Made by a program: the position numbers and the translations under genes. The notes beneath the pieces are model-generated. The model had not been told where the DNA came from. It did no database searches and was given only the letters and a program-made list of their open reading frames with translations. Shown here in pieces: positions 8,921-18,292 of a stretch of DNA of 20,000 bases (position 1 is the first letter of the stretch; every line of letters starts with the position of its first letter). The stretch spans positions 48,198 through 68,197 of the forward strand of contig UYFQ01000645.1 of assembly GCA_900617105.1 (NCBI GenBank), written 5' to 3'. The DNA is from Hydrurus foetidus. Taxonomy: Eukaryota.

Positions 8921-10851
8921 TTAAACCATCTTAGAAATTGTACTTCTTGTTACGCCTCTTGTCTTCACTTTTGAGATCGTGGAACTGGTAGTGCCGTAAT
9001 GTTTCGCACATGCAATGTTGTTCGCCATGTCTCTCCTTATACGCTCTTGTGCCAGGTATTCCTCGTCTTCACGATCTCGTTGCTCTCTCTCACTTATGGT
9101 CAAGGAATCTCTTGGTGGGTAAGGATTGACGGTTTTGATAGTATTGGGATATGGCTGTGTGAACTCTACTTCCCCCTCTGTGTCTTCTCCTTCGTCTTTG
9201 TTTCGTCTGTCTTCTTCCTCTCTCTTTTCCTTCTCCCTTATCTCCTTCAATATTCTCTCTCTATTCACAGTTATAGGAATCAATTTCTCTCTTTCCGGTT
9301 GTTCCTCTACGATAAAGTCATTAGGATAATAGTACTCAGAGTCCTGGGTTAGAACAACAATTTAGCAGGTATGGTTTCCAAGTCCTTTGAAACGTATAGT
9401 TTCTTGACCACGGAATTAAGCTTAGAGGCAGAGGTTGTCTTCGTCTGAGGGATTGTTTCAGGAGCCGGGGTCGTTCGGACTGATGGTAATTTTGATGGTG
9501 GGATAACAGTTTTAGGTAGCAATAGGGTGGGTGAAATTTCTCGAGCGTATTCATCCATGATACGATACCAATGATCTATTTCTTCCTGGGTATTAATGCG
9601 ACGGCCCGCCATTTCTTTCGCCACAGTGAAACTCTCCATAAGATTCTTGCGGTAAGATTGATCCTTTATCACACTTGTCTCCTCACGGGCAATACCAAAT
9701 TTCTCAATGTGATGGGCTGACATGCCCCTTCCGGGTTCTGTATCCCTGTCCTGATTGATCATCTTGATCTTGGTTGATGCGTTGTTGGCACAGTTCATGT
9801 TCTTGTATCGTTTCGCTTGCTCATCTATTCCCTTAGAGTCGATAGAGAGGCATGGAGTGATATCGAAATTGTCTGCCAGAACTCCATTAGGGCCGTAGAG
9901 GATGAAGAATAAGGTACACGCTGGATAGAAGTTGTTTAAAGATTGTGAAATCTCTTTTTTAACCACTTTCTTTCCCTTCACATCTTCCTCTTCGTCAACA
10001 GACTCATTGTCATTCACATCGTCATCTATAAAAGTAAGGTATAGCATGAATTAAATTTTGCCAGCGTTTTCCCTGTAAATTGACTAGATTTGAAAATATA
10101 ATAACATCAACGGACTTTGCGAAAACATCCATATGTCAAATAAAATGTTGAAATGCATACAAAATTCACTAATGAAGAAGTTTTTACCTGACGCCCCTTG
10201 ATCGCCTTGATCGTCTAGATCCTCGTCATTGACATCATCTTCCACCACCTCATTGGATGTCAGAGCACGCGCTCTCTTCAAGACATGCTGTAAAGCATTA
10301 TTTTCATTCGGCATTTGACCATCGATTAGAAACTCAATCCACAGTGCCAACATTTGCTTCGCTTCCATCAAACACGCTCTGCCTTTCTCAAGAATTTGTC
10401 GGCCCGTTATCAAATTTTTGCCTTTGAGCGTTGGACGAACGATGCAATAGCTCAGTTGTGCATGGGACAATCCAGACAAATGACCAAAGCCTGAAGCAAT
10501 AACGTTATCATCCCATAAGACGCCGAATCGTCCGTCGCCCTGGAGAAAACTAGCAGCTACACCGATGTTATCTTCATCGAATCCATGATAATATCTGGCA
10601 CATAATTCTCGAAGTCCCTCAGTGCTGTCCGTGATTCCTTCCAGTACAGAGTTGTAAGCTGCTGCTGACAACAGATGGTGGAAAGCTTTCTGCTGTATGG
10701 CGTTGGTCGGAGGTGGCGGACCAGATTTAGCTACGACCTTCAAAGGCTTAATTTCCTTCTTGATAACGGAAGTCTCAACGACTTTCGTCGGCTTCATTTT
10801 CTTGGACGCTCCCGAAGGATGCGTATTGCTAGGAGCGGCGGAACGCTTCAT
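8921..10851 (-). CDS. Harbinger second gene (ORF2), about 589 aa: exon 10851-10188, intron 10187-10026, exon 10025-8921 with a 1-nt frameshift near 9362
   Basis: The GT-AG intron joins ORFs 10084-10851 and 9349-10047 in frame (GAS-D-DDVND). Adding one A in the run at 9361-9363 gives ETIPAK-IVVLTQDSEYYYPNDF, running into ORF 8921-9283. Lys-rich N-terminus, acidic centre, charged C-terminus. Confidence 0.75.
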
Positions 10852-11037
10852 CGTTTGAATAATAAAATAATGACTACGAGTATTGTCGACAGCTCACTCA
10901 GATTGGTGTTTAGTATTTCGAAATTACATACGGAACGACAACCATACGAATTACAAAAACGATTATGAAACGATTTCGTCGTTTCATAACAAACGTGACT
11001 GGACGAAATACGAAGTACAAAAATGGACTTTTAGATG

Positions 11038-11076
11038 TTTTGTATTTCGTATTTCGTTTTACCATATGGACCGACC
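11038..11076 (-). repeat. Right TIR of Harbinger
   Basis: Reverse complement is ggtcggtccatatggtaaaacgaaatacgaaatacaaaa. Confidence 0.88.
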
Positions 11077-11197
11077 TGAAGAGCGTAGAATATGACTACC
11101 TCATCTCGTGGACGTAGATCGCCCACCTAAATATATATGCTTTCAAAACTCTCGCAGAAAAAATTCCAGCTAACATAATCTTCCTCTGCATTTGCAG

Positions 11198-11522
11198 GTG
11201 TCCTGTGAACAGAAGATCGGAGGATCAACCGTGTTCTCAATGAGAATTACTGGTGAGTATGCATAACAGTCATTGGAGACTATTTATCCTGCAATCAATA
11301 TATCTTTCATTAATCGCTGCCATAGATTTCTGTCGTTCCTGGACGCATGCCTAAATTTACTCTTGAAATAAATACTGATATATTATCTGGTGACTGACTT
11401 TGTCATCAGGATGTTAACTAACTAATACTGCACTGGTTATCATGCACTCAGGATATTTTTAATTCAACTGCGGGCGAAAAATATTTTTTTCCTCAAATTA
11501 TTACCCTGGAGATACAGCCAAG
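11198..11522 (+). pseudogene. Possible short-exon gene remnant, unknown product
   Basis: Alternating acceptor- and donor-like sites (ttgcag|gtg, ctg|gtgagt, ctcag|gat, aag|gtgcgt). No recognisable protein. Confidence 0.22.
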
Positions 11523-11837
11523 GTGCGTAAGTGAGCCAGCCATGGATACATTAATCCTTTACGTTGTCACAGATTAAGCTAAACTGAGTCATATTGTGTT
11601 TGATATGTCACTCACCTCTCATTTAATCGTCATTTGTGCGGGATGTGAGCAGTTATGATATGAATTGTTATAATTTCGTATGATACATTTAGTGGCGTAT
11701 CTTGGCATTTAATATAATAATATAGCATCTAGTAGGTAGTCAATTTGCACCCAATTCAATTGAGTATAATATATAGTATGACATATCACCATCTAATCCC
11801 GAAATCTATTTTCTGTTCGCCTGAATATAGTGACTAC

Positions 11838-12897
11838 ATCAGGTATGTCATTTACAAGAGAGGAGGTCCGGCAAAGCATCGCAAGGGTGGATGCTAAAGG
11901 TCTTCAGCTCAGGTAGCATCTCATCGACAAAAAGCTTATCAGATATCTCAGTCATCTATGATTCCTTTTGATTATATTATTATTTCTTATTATATTATCA
12001 ATTTATTGGCTTTTCTACGAGAGTATATAATGTGGCCAGACCCCACCACTTTGTGGCGTATGGATGGACATCATAATCTCATCAGATATGGCCTTATCAC
12101 TCCGACAAGAGTACGGGGTGACAAAGGAGGTAGCATTGAACACATAATAATAATAAATAAAATATTCTAACAAATTGATTAATTATACATCGTCACCTAT
12201 CATTTATAATATTAACTTATTTGTTATCATATAATTATTGTACAGGTGAAAATGTTCTTGTTGCCGATTTCATGATAGAGCACAGAGGCTTCAACAGAGG
12301 TTCGTATATTACTGGTCCATCTAAATTTAATTCTAGGTGAACGTAAGACAGTTTAACATATTTGAATATCATTCACATGAATAAAGTCTTGCAGTAATTA
12401 ACATTCTGTTCCCTAATCTTTAGGATCGAGCACCTTTGGTGCAATGTGAGGAAGAAAGTAATTCAATTTTACATGGACCTATTCAGGTCATTCGAAAAAA
12501 ATTGTCTGAAAGTAGATGATACGTGGCACAAATTTGTTTTACAGTAACTTTTTATAATTGAGATCACTTTAAAAATATTTGGAATAATGATGCTTTGTCC
12601 ACTGAACAGAATAGGACACCTTTACTATTGCTCATATTACGCAGAGATAGCATAGCACCTGATGTATTCGTAGATGAAAACGAGTGTGGTCTTGATGATG
12701 ATGTGGAAGATGTCGATGAGGCAGTAACAGAGCATTTTAGAGTACCATGTGATCCTGTTTTATGTCCGCTTAGTCCACATAATTTAGCCGTATTTGAAGT
12801 AAATGTGCAACCTCTCAGTATGGAACTGTATCTAGAGGAACTGTATTTTGCTACTCTACGCTATATCTTCCGAATCAAACAAACACAATTAAATTAA
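11838..12897 (+). pseudogene. Integrase-core DDE transposase pseudogene, IS3EU-like
   Basis: REEVRQSIARVDAKG, PTTLWRMDGHHNLIRYG, PTRVRGDKGGENVLVADFMIEHRGFNRGSYITGPSKFNSRIEHLW after splicing introns 12130-12245 and 12337-12423, then STEQNRTP. Contains stops and an internal deletion. Superfamily name is from recalled motifs. Confidence 0.78.
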
Positions 12898-13076
12898 TCC
12901 AATCAGTTTATTCCAACAAAATTTCTTTTCTTTTTTGTTCGAGAAGTGACGCTGAAATATATGAGATATGGCTCCACATTTACGAAGTCCTCTCTGCATA
13001 AATATTTAGTCGGACAAAGAAATTTTTTTTGAGCATTCACTAATTCAAATTAGATGAAGGTGTGAAAGATAAGTTT

Positions 13077-13403
13077 CTAATTGCTATCTTCAACAGGAAC
13101 TGAATCGATGACTTCTCTGAAGTCACTGTCTTCTGGGTCAGTAAAGATAAATTCCTCATCTTCAAAAGGGTTAAACACAATGTAGATAAGAGGTAGTTTA
13201 CTATAGCATACAATGGTATCAGCATCAGGAAAGTTCTTGCTCAATTGCCTTGTGGCCCTGATGGAACACTTGGCGTCTTGGACTTGGAAGTAGTATTTGC
13301 TCGCCAGCTCTTCTCCTAAGGTGCTGGACATCTTCAGCAACTTGTGGAGCTTGGCGTGAGTAGCCAGTGGCACTGCGGGCATGTAATTGGCCCCCATCTC
13401 CAA
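13077..13403 (-). pseudogene. Protein-like ORF fragment, unidentified
   Basis: 108-aa ORF with plausible composition. It abuts the Sola-like left-end repeats, which may have truncated it. Confidence 0.25.
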
Positions 13404-13423
13404 GCGCTCGAGATAACGACTTT

Positions 13424-13611
13424 TCGCTGTAACCGGGTACAGGTAGAAGTTTTTCCGTTTTTAGGAAGGTTACTTCTTTTTCCGTAAAAACGAAGTTGTA
13501 CTAGGTAAAATTGGTCAAAAGTACCGAAATACACCGTTTACTGCCATTCTCGCTGTAACCGGTCCCGATCATAATCTCTGTAATCGGTCCCAGATTTCTG
13601 TAACCGGTACC
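13424..13611 (+). repeat. Four direct copies of CTGTAA(C/T)CGG, probable subterminal repeats of the Sola-like element
   Basis: Copies near 13427, 13553, 13578 and 13598, about 100 bp upstream of the ATG at 13710. Confidence 0.7.
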
Positions 13612-13709
13612 TCATATCGCTATTAACACAACATCATCATCAAGCACTATCAAAGGTCAGAATAGAATAAAATCACCCATCGACCCGCCAACCCGCCAAC
13701 CTTCGAACA

Positions 13710-15230
13710 ATGCCGTCCATAACCGCACCTCTGCAAGACTCCCGTCTCAAGGTACTCAAAGGAGAGAAGGGCAGATTGATCACTGCTCATGACAATCCAC
13801 GTCTGTTGAAGGAAGATAATCCAATGATCGAGTTTGAGAAGTGCTTAGGGGGAAAAGAGCAGGTCAAGTTGTGTCTAGAGAACTTTGTGGAGCTGAACGA
13901 TGGAGACAATAGTCAGGAAATGATAGCTGACGGGATCATTTCAAATTTGATCAAGATGCACAAAATTCCGAGGCGAATTCTTGTCTTAGCGCTAAAAGTC
14001 GGTTCCGGTCACATTCAGCAGATCAGAGATGGCAAATCTAAAGTTTTTGATCATGTCCATCTGAACGGCAATCAGGTGCGCTAGGTATCTTCAAATTTTA
14101 TTCTTTCGTAGTCTCCTCGTAACATTATCCTTCACAACTTAGATCGCTGATGCGGACATTGAAAATCTGAAAGATCTTGTCGACTCCCTTACCGTTGAAA
14201 ATGGCTATCCTTGCTCTCACAGAAGGATGAAGTTGTATGTGGCTGAAGTTGGCGTGGACAATTTCTCCAGATTTGTCTTCCATATATGTATCGATGATAA
14301 TCTAGATAATCTAGATAATATTGTGAAATCTAAGTTTATCATTGATCATGATTGATAAAAGCTGTATAAGAAGTGCTGCCAGCAAATCGGAGAGAATAGG
14401 GTACTTTCATACCCTACCTTCATGAGGTACATGAGGTCGCACCATGTCAATGTAGCGATAGTGAGAGCCAAGGAGGATTGCTGCGACACTTGCCCCAGAC
14501 TATCTGTTGCATCACAGGATCCGGATCTGGGTGAGGAATAGAAAGAGTTAATCGCTGAATCCCAAAAAATCCACGCAAGTGATGCCCGCGCGCAGCGGAT
14601 TGCATTGAAGGAGGCCATTAAGTTATGGGGAAAAACATTGATTACCGTCACAAGTCCAGTTGATTCCAAGGCATTTGATGATGCGGTTGATTTCTTGCCT
14701 GATTTTTTGGAAGACGAATTTCGGAAGTTATCACTCGAGGAAACTAAATACTCTCCTAGAGTAAGATTACAATGCGAGGATTACGGGGGTAATCTAACTC
14801 TACCTCATAGCGGAAGAAATCGGCCAGGGAGAGATTACTATATTTCAAATCTATCGATTATGAATTTCAGCGTTTCGGATTTAAACACTGGATTAAATCG
14901 AGTATTTCTATAAGACGAAAGAGCAATGGGCAAAGGGTGCGATGCCTTGTGCTCCCTTTGTTGGGTCTATCATTTTAAGTTATACATCGAATGTCGGGAT
15001 AGTAATAAATTATCCGAATTTCCTGACACTTTGGATATAATAATGGATAATTGTGTTGACCAAAATAAATCTCAGGTACAACGTAAATCATACATTTAAA
15101 TTTTATTTCATTTTATATCATATTATATTATATTATATCATCACATATTATACTTTCACTCAGGCTGTCTTCATGCTTATGTCGCTATTATCAATGACAT
15201 TTTAAAAGAGGGTAATTTGTCACTTGATTA
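13710..15230 (+). pseudogene. Sola1-like DDD transposase pseudogene, 3'-truncated
   Basis: KEDCCDTC, CEDYGGNLTLP, PGRDYYISNL, DERAMGKGCDALCS, IMDNCVDQNKSQ. Introns at 14076-14142 and 15076-15163. In-frame stops at about 14538, 14911 and 15203. Breaks off before the expected GH...D motif. Confidence 0.78.
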
Positions 15231-15370
15231 TTTTTCCGAAGAAAGTGTGGCAAATGGGGAAAAAAATATTGAAATTTTTCATAAACAATCCAAAAGATGC
15301 TATGTTTAAGCTTGGGCAATTTTATGCAATAGAGACATTTTATATGTTTCTATTATATCCCAACTTTTAA

Positions 15371-15810
15371 TCAAATGATGAAAACGATATTTTAAGAACA
15401 CAATATAATCTGAATAAGTATTGTCCTCTAGAATGTAAAATGCATGGTATTACTAAATTTAGGGGTCATGGTCTATTTGAAGAAAATATCGCTCTAGATG
15501 AATCGTGTGCGGCGACAACACAAATACTTATTGATGCATATTTTGATAAAAGAATACAAACCTGTTCAAATTGTCTCAAAGAACTTCTACTAATCCCGAC
15601 ATTTCTTGATGTACCAAAAGTGATAGGAGTGAGTACTTATGGTAGAAGTACGGAAATCAATTCTGAGATTGATTATAAAGAATTGAAGTATCAACTTTTT
15701 GCGGTAGCCTATAAAGGAACTAATTCTGAACACTTTCTTGCTTTATTTAACCTTCCAAGTGGTATATACGGATACGATGGTATGATTGCAGAAGGAGCAT
15801 TAAAGTTAAT
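15371..15810 (+). pseudogene. USP/papain-fold cysteine protease-like C-terminal fragment
   Basis: Cys pairs CPLEC and CSNC, then PKVIGV and YQLFAVAYKGTNSEHFLA...IYGYDGM, resembling the USP His box (Y-x-L-x-A-V...G...H-F/Y-x-A...aromatic-x-x-Y-D). No catalytic Cys box seen. Confidence 0.5.
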
Positions 15811-16211
15811 GGCTTTTGTAATGCATCGAGTTCATCGACCCCACTTCATACCCATGATCATGATACATGTCCATAGCAGTTTCATGTCATGTTTGATAGT
15901 AGTTCAACATTTGGCTATATTTTAATCGTGTTTTAGTGGATGCTACTGTACTTTACTGCAATTCTATTGAACCAGTAATATCATTTTGCACTCATCGAAT
16001 CATCCCATGTCACATCATTCATGCGATAGATCACATAAAATGGAGCCAAATACAGCTATTACTTGTAATAATACGATTATTATTATATGTTTTACACTTA
16101 TTTCCATTAACTCTTACCAACACACATATACTCGCTGTCTTATGACTTTGTAAAGTTAAAAACTTTTGTAATACATCGAGTTCATCGACCCCACTTCATA
16201 CCCATGATCAT
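15801..16211 (+). repeat. 61-bp direct repeat, 15801-15861 and 16151-16211
   Basis: taaagttaa..cttttgtaat(g/a)catcgagttcatcgaccccacttcatacccatgatcat; 57/61 identical, offset 350 bp. Confidence 0.9.
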
Positions 16212-16477
16212 TACACATTCGTTTATAGACACTTTACATAAATCGTACATAATGTAGTGTATTTTGTAATAGCTTGATGCTGAGTAGACATATACACCGG
16301 TAATTGAAGTTTTTTAAGTATGCAATCTTTCGGCTCAAAGTGTTTTAGTGCTCATAATGATTTAAATTTCATCATCCACAACCGAATATTGAAACAGACA
16401 GCTTGTGCAAAATAGGTCATGAAAATGTTTTAAATTAGGGATAGCTACAGAAACTCAATTTAACAAAACCTTATCCC

Positions 16478-16688
16478 TGTAGCCTAGCGCGTACGTTCAC
16501 CGTACACTTCATACACACTTGTATATAATTCACGTACCCATAGTCTATTTTTATCCTCATCACCTATCCACCGGTAACGGACGCTCATCAGCATCAGCAC
16601 CCTTGTAGCCTATCGTTTGTGTCTGTTGTTAGCTGCTTGCTACCATCTTTCACCGGATTCTTCGTACTCGAATCCGGCCGCAACTACA
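16478..16688 (+). repeat. Possible LTR-like segment
   Basis: Bounded by TGTAG...CTACA, with an internal TATATAA and a hairpin ccggattc...gaatccgg. No TSD, tRNA PBS or second copy visible. Confidence 0.28.
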
Positions 16689-17268
16689 ATATTAATATTG
16701 AGAGCTGTTAGACGAACTCTCGTCACTGGAGAGATAGATAGATAGATAGAAAACCGCCGACATTCGACAACCATCTGGCACTGATCACCAGTATGGTTTC
16801 CAGCAACCGACGAAGACTTTCCAGGGCAGCAGCCATTTCTACGGCGCCATCAGTCGACGCCGTCGACGAAATCATCGCCAACAGCTCGGACGCTAGCACA
16901 ACCGGAGATTCTGACTCGGCGAATCCTCCCTCGCTTCCAGATCCATCTATCTATCTATCGCCTCTAACCCTTTTTCAAATTTGGCCCCCGGCGTGGGAGG
17001 GGTAAACCCCTTGCAATTTTTTTTGCAGCCATCTTCCGCCCCATCTGGGGCTCTGTAAGCGGATCTAGCGATATCCCAAGCGGGGGAAGTCTCTGATGAA
17101 CATCAACAACTTCCCCAGCGAGTGGATGGATTACTTTTGGAGCCGGCGTTCTCGCCGCCAGCACCATTGTAGCCTTATTGCATCTCTATGGGGATACAAT
17201 GTGTCTAGGTTAACTAGGTACAACAGGTACAATACGCTCAGATTCCAGTTTTAGGTCTTAGTTCCACA

Positions 17269-18082
17269 TGATGTAAGTGCTCTTAGTGTACACATCACCT
17301 GAACTATTCAACTGTAAATTATAACCACAATCTTATCCTGCAACCAACTTCTTCGTCTTCTGTCCTTTGTTCCCTGTCCTCTCGCTCTCGTCCATCTGAA
17401 CTTCAGTCCTTCGTCCTAGGCCCCGACCAACGCCACAATATCGATATTCGGCTATCTACCGAAGTTTTTCTTGAGAAATTCCTTTCTCTTTTGCAAGTTT
17501 TCCACGCCAACATCATGGCATTACGTCGCCAGGAGAAAAAGTCAAGGCAATTAACGCACGCCGACGTGCTTTGCCTCGAGCTGTAGCTATTGCGGCGCGC
17601 CAACGTTTTTTGGAGCATACGCAACGACGTGGAGATATTGAGTCTCCTGGGCCACCAGCGGCTCAGGACCACGCCGGCTGCCTGTCTGCACCGAATCCTC
17701 AGCGGAATTCGGAGCCTGCGGTCATGTCTGCCATTGATGTTCCTGTCATTTCTGCGTTGTCTGCTTTACCAGCTTCGGCTGTGATACCAGCTTCGGCTGC
17801 GATACCAGATTCGTCTGCGACACCAGCTTCGGCTGAGAATCCTATTCCAAGGACGATGGCACCACTGTGGCCTTGCCAGGATCTGGGCACTGGGAGCGGG
17901 TCAGCTGGGAGCGGGAGCAAGGGAAAGGAAGCTGGGAGAGCTATTGCTATGGAAACAATGTGGTTAGCTTACAGATAAACACAGCAGGTATCATGGCAAT
18001 GAATCGGGTGGATCGGATCGTCATCGATCCGATCCGAACGTACGCCTGTACCCGTACAGCCCGTACGGGTGTGCGGGTCACA
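17269..18082 (-). repeat. Putative 3' LTR of Gypsy B (about 810 bp)
   Basis: TG start 3 nt after the PPT. End inferred at ...ctaagagcacttacatCA (17269; 17272 is an alternative), which resembles the LTR A end ctatgagcatcttaacctCA. Confidence 0.55.
17768..17839. repeat. 18-bp tandem repeat, four copies, inside LTR B
   Basis: accagcttcggctgtgat / accagcttcggctgcgat / accagattcgtctgcgac / accagcttcggctgagaa. Confidence 0.92.
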
Positions 18083-18085
18083 GTG

Positions 18086-18100
18086 CCCCTCTCTCTCTCT
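18086..18100 (-). other. Polypurine tract of Gypsy B
   Basis: Minus strand agagagagagagggg, spacer cac, then TGTGAC. Confidence 0.85.
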
Positions 18101-18292
18101 AAAGGGGTGTACTAATGACAAAATTCATCATCAAAATACTAACTATGAATAACTAACTAACTAATTGAATAACTATTTCAGACTAAGAACTGAAAGTTCC
18201 TTACTGAATAAACCTCCTTAAAATCCCTGAGGATCCAATTTAGGAGGAATCTTTATGATTTAGTTAATCAATTTTTATTTTTATTTTACCGG

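Larger units (their letters stand above)
7067..11076. mobile_element. PIF/Harbinger DNA transposon, full length (4010 bp), two convergent genes
   Basis: 39-bp TIRs at 7067-7105 and 11038-11076 (32/39 identical, inner 20 bp perfect). TGA on both flanks (7064-7066, 11077-11079). Contains a Harbinger DDE transposase. Confidence 0.92.

Noticed and set aside
8921..9283. Independent third Harbinger gene
   Set aside because: It lacks an ATG start (TTG), and its frame is open back to about 9361, where one added A fuses it to ORF2.
3915..15203. Stop-codon reassignment as an explanation for in-frame stops
   Set aside because: TAA, TAG and TGA all occur along with frameshifts and deletions, while the intact genes read normally in the standard code. 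Decay explains them.
17768..17839. CRISPR-like array
   Set aside because: Units are contiguous with no unique spacers, no cas genes are present, and the context is a eukaryotic LTR.
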